Shown here one piece after another: positions 63,883 to 64,000 of a stretch of DNA of 64,000 nucleotides. Below the pieces are notes generated by a model that saw nothing but the letters and a program-made list of their open reading frames with translations, was not told the DNA's origin and did not search any database. The stretch spans positions 64,001-128,000 of IMG/VR virus record IMGVR_UViG_3300011008_000004; one strand, given 5' to 3'. Each line of letters starts with the position of its first letter. Position 1 is the first letter of the stretch. A program made the translations under genes and the position numbers. This DNA comes from a virus (Duplodnaviria > Caudoviricetes).

Positions 63883-63999
63883 TTATTGAATTAAACTTCT
63901 AACAACTATAGGCGCAATCTCAGTGCCAACATCACTATCTGTAACTTTAACTTTTAAAGTACCGTCTAATGCTGCCTATATAGCCAACAATATGTTAGT
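63883..63999 (-). CDS. 3' end of an upstream structural gene (partial)
   Basis: Frame open from window edge to TAA with one TAG. Confidence 0.4.
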
Positions 64000-64000
64000 C

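Noticed and set aside
55290-64000. Structural region as decayed pseudogenes
   Set aside because: Breaks are exclusively in-frame TAG with no frameshifts and intact gene coupling, so recoding fits better
1-64000. Suppressor tRNA-CUA, other tRNAs, CRISPR array
   Set aside because: No T-arm/cloverleaf or regularly spaced repeats seen by eye; tRNAscan-SE would be decisive and the tRNA may lie outside the window

Overview
Very AT-rich fragment of a large tailed phage, probably with a contractile tail and a low-GC Gram-positive (gut-type) host. Essentially all genes are on the minus strand. The phage recodes TAG as sense (most likely Gln, genetic code 15): runs of short in-frame ORFs fuse into full genes, genuine stops are TAA/TGA, and it encodes its own RF2. 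From the right end: baseplate/tail genes (55-64 kb); a replication/recombination block (SNF2, initiator, DnaC, DnaB, primase, SSB, family A polymerase, beta clamp, RecU, RecA, resolvase, DnaX/HolA, MT-A70 methylase, SbcCD); a hydroxymethyl-cytosine/glucosylation cassette; an isolated tail-fibre module; NAD ligase, RF2, soluble FtsH-like protease, a TnpB element and a class III RNR operon. Highlights: (1) the DNA polymerase is interrupted three ways: split into two cistrons, an 8-nt UGA-containing insert inside motif A that looks like a ribosomal hop (UCC-UGA-AG-UCA), and a group I intron with an HNH gene in motif B; (2) nrdD is fractured by a naturally split intein around a TAG-recoded C2H2-zinc-finger/PD-(D/E)XK nuclease; (3) a leader-peptide/poly-C/terminator switch sits in front of the tail-fibre gene; (4) an orphan second TnpB omegaRNA scaffold carries a different guide; (5) a 9-copy phage promoter-like motif GCTAAATTA mostly precedes TAG-recoded or mobile genes. 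All calls come from manual reading and translation; no searches were run.
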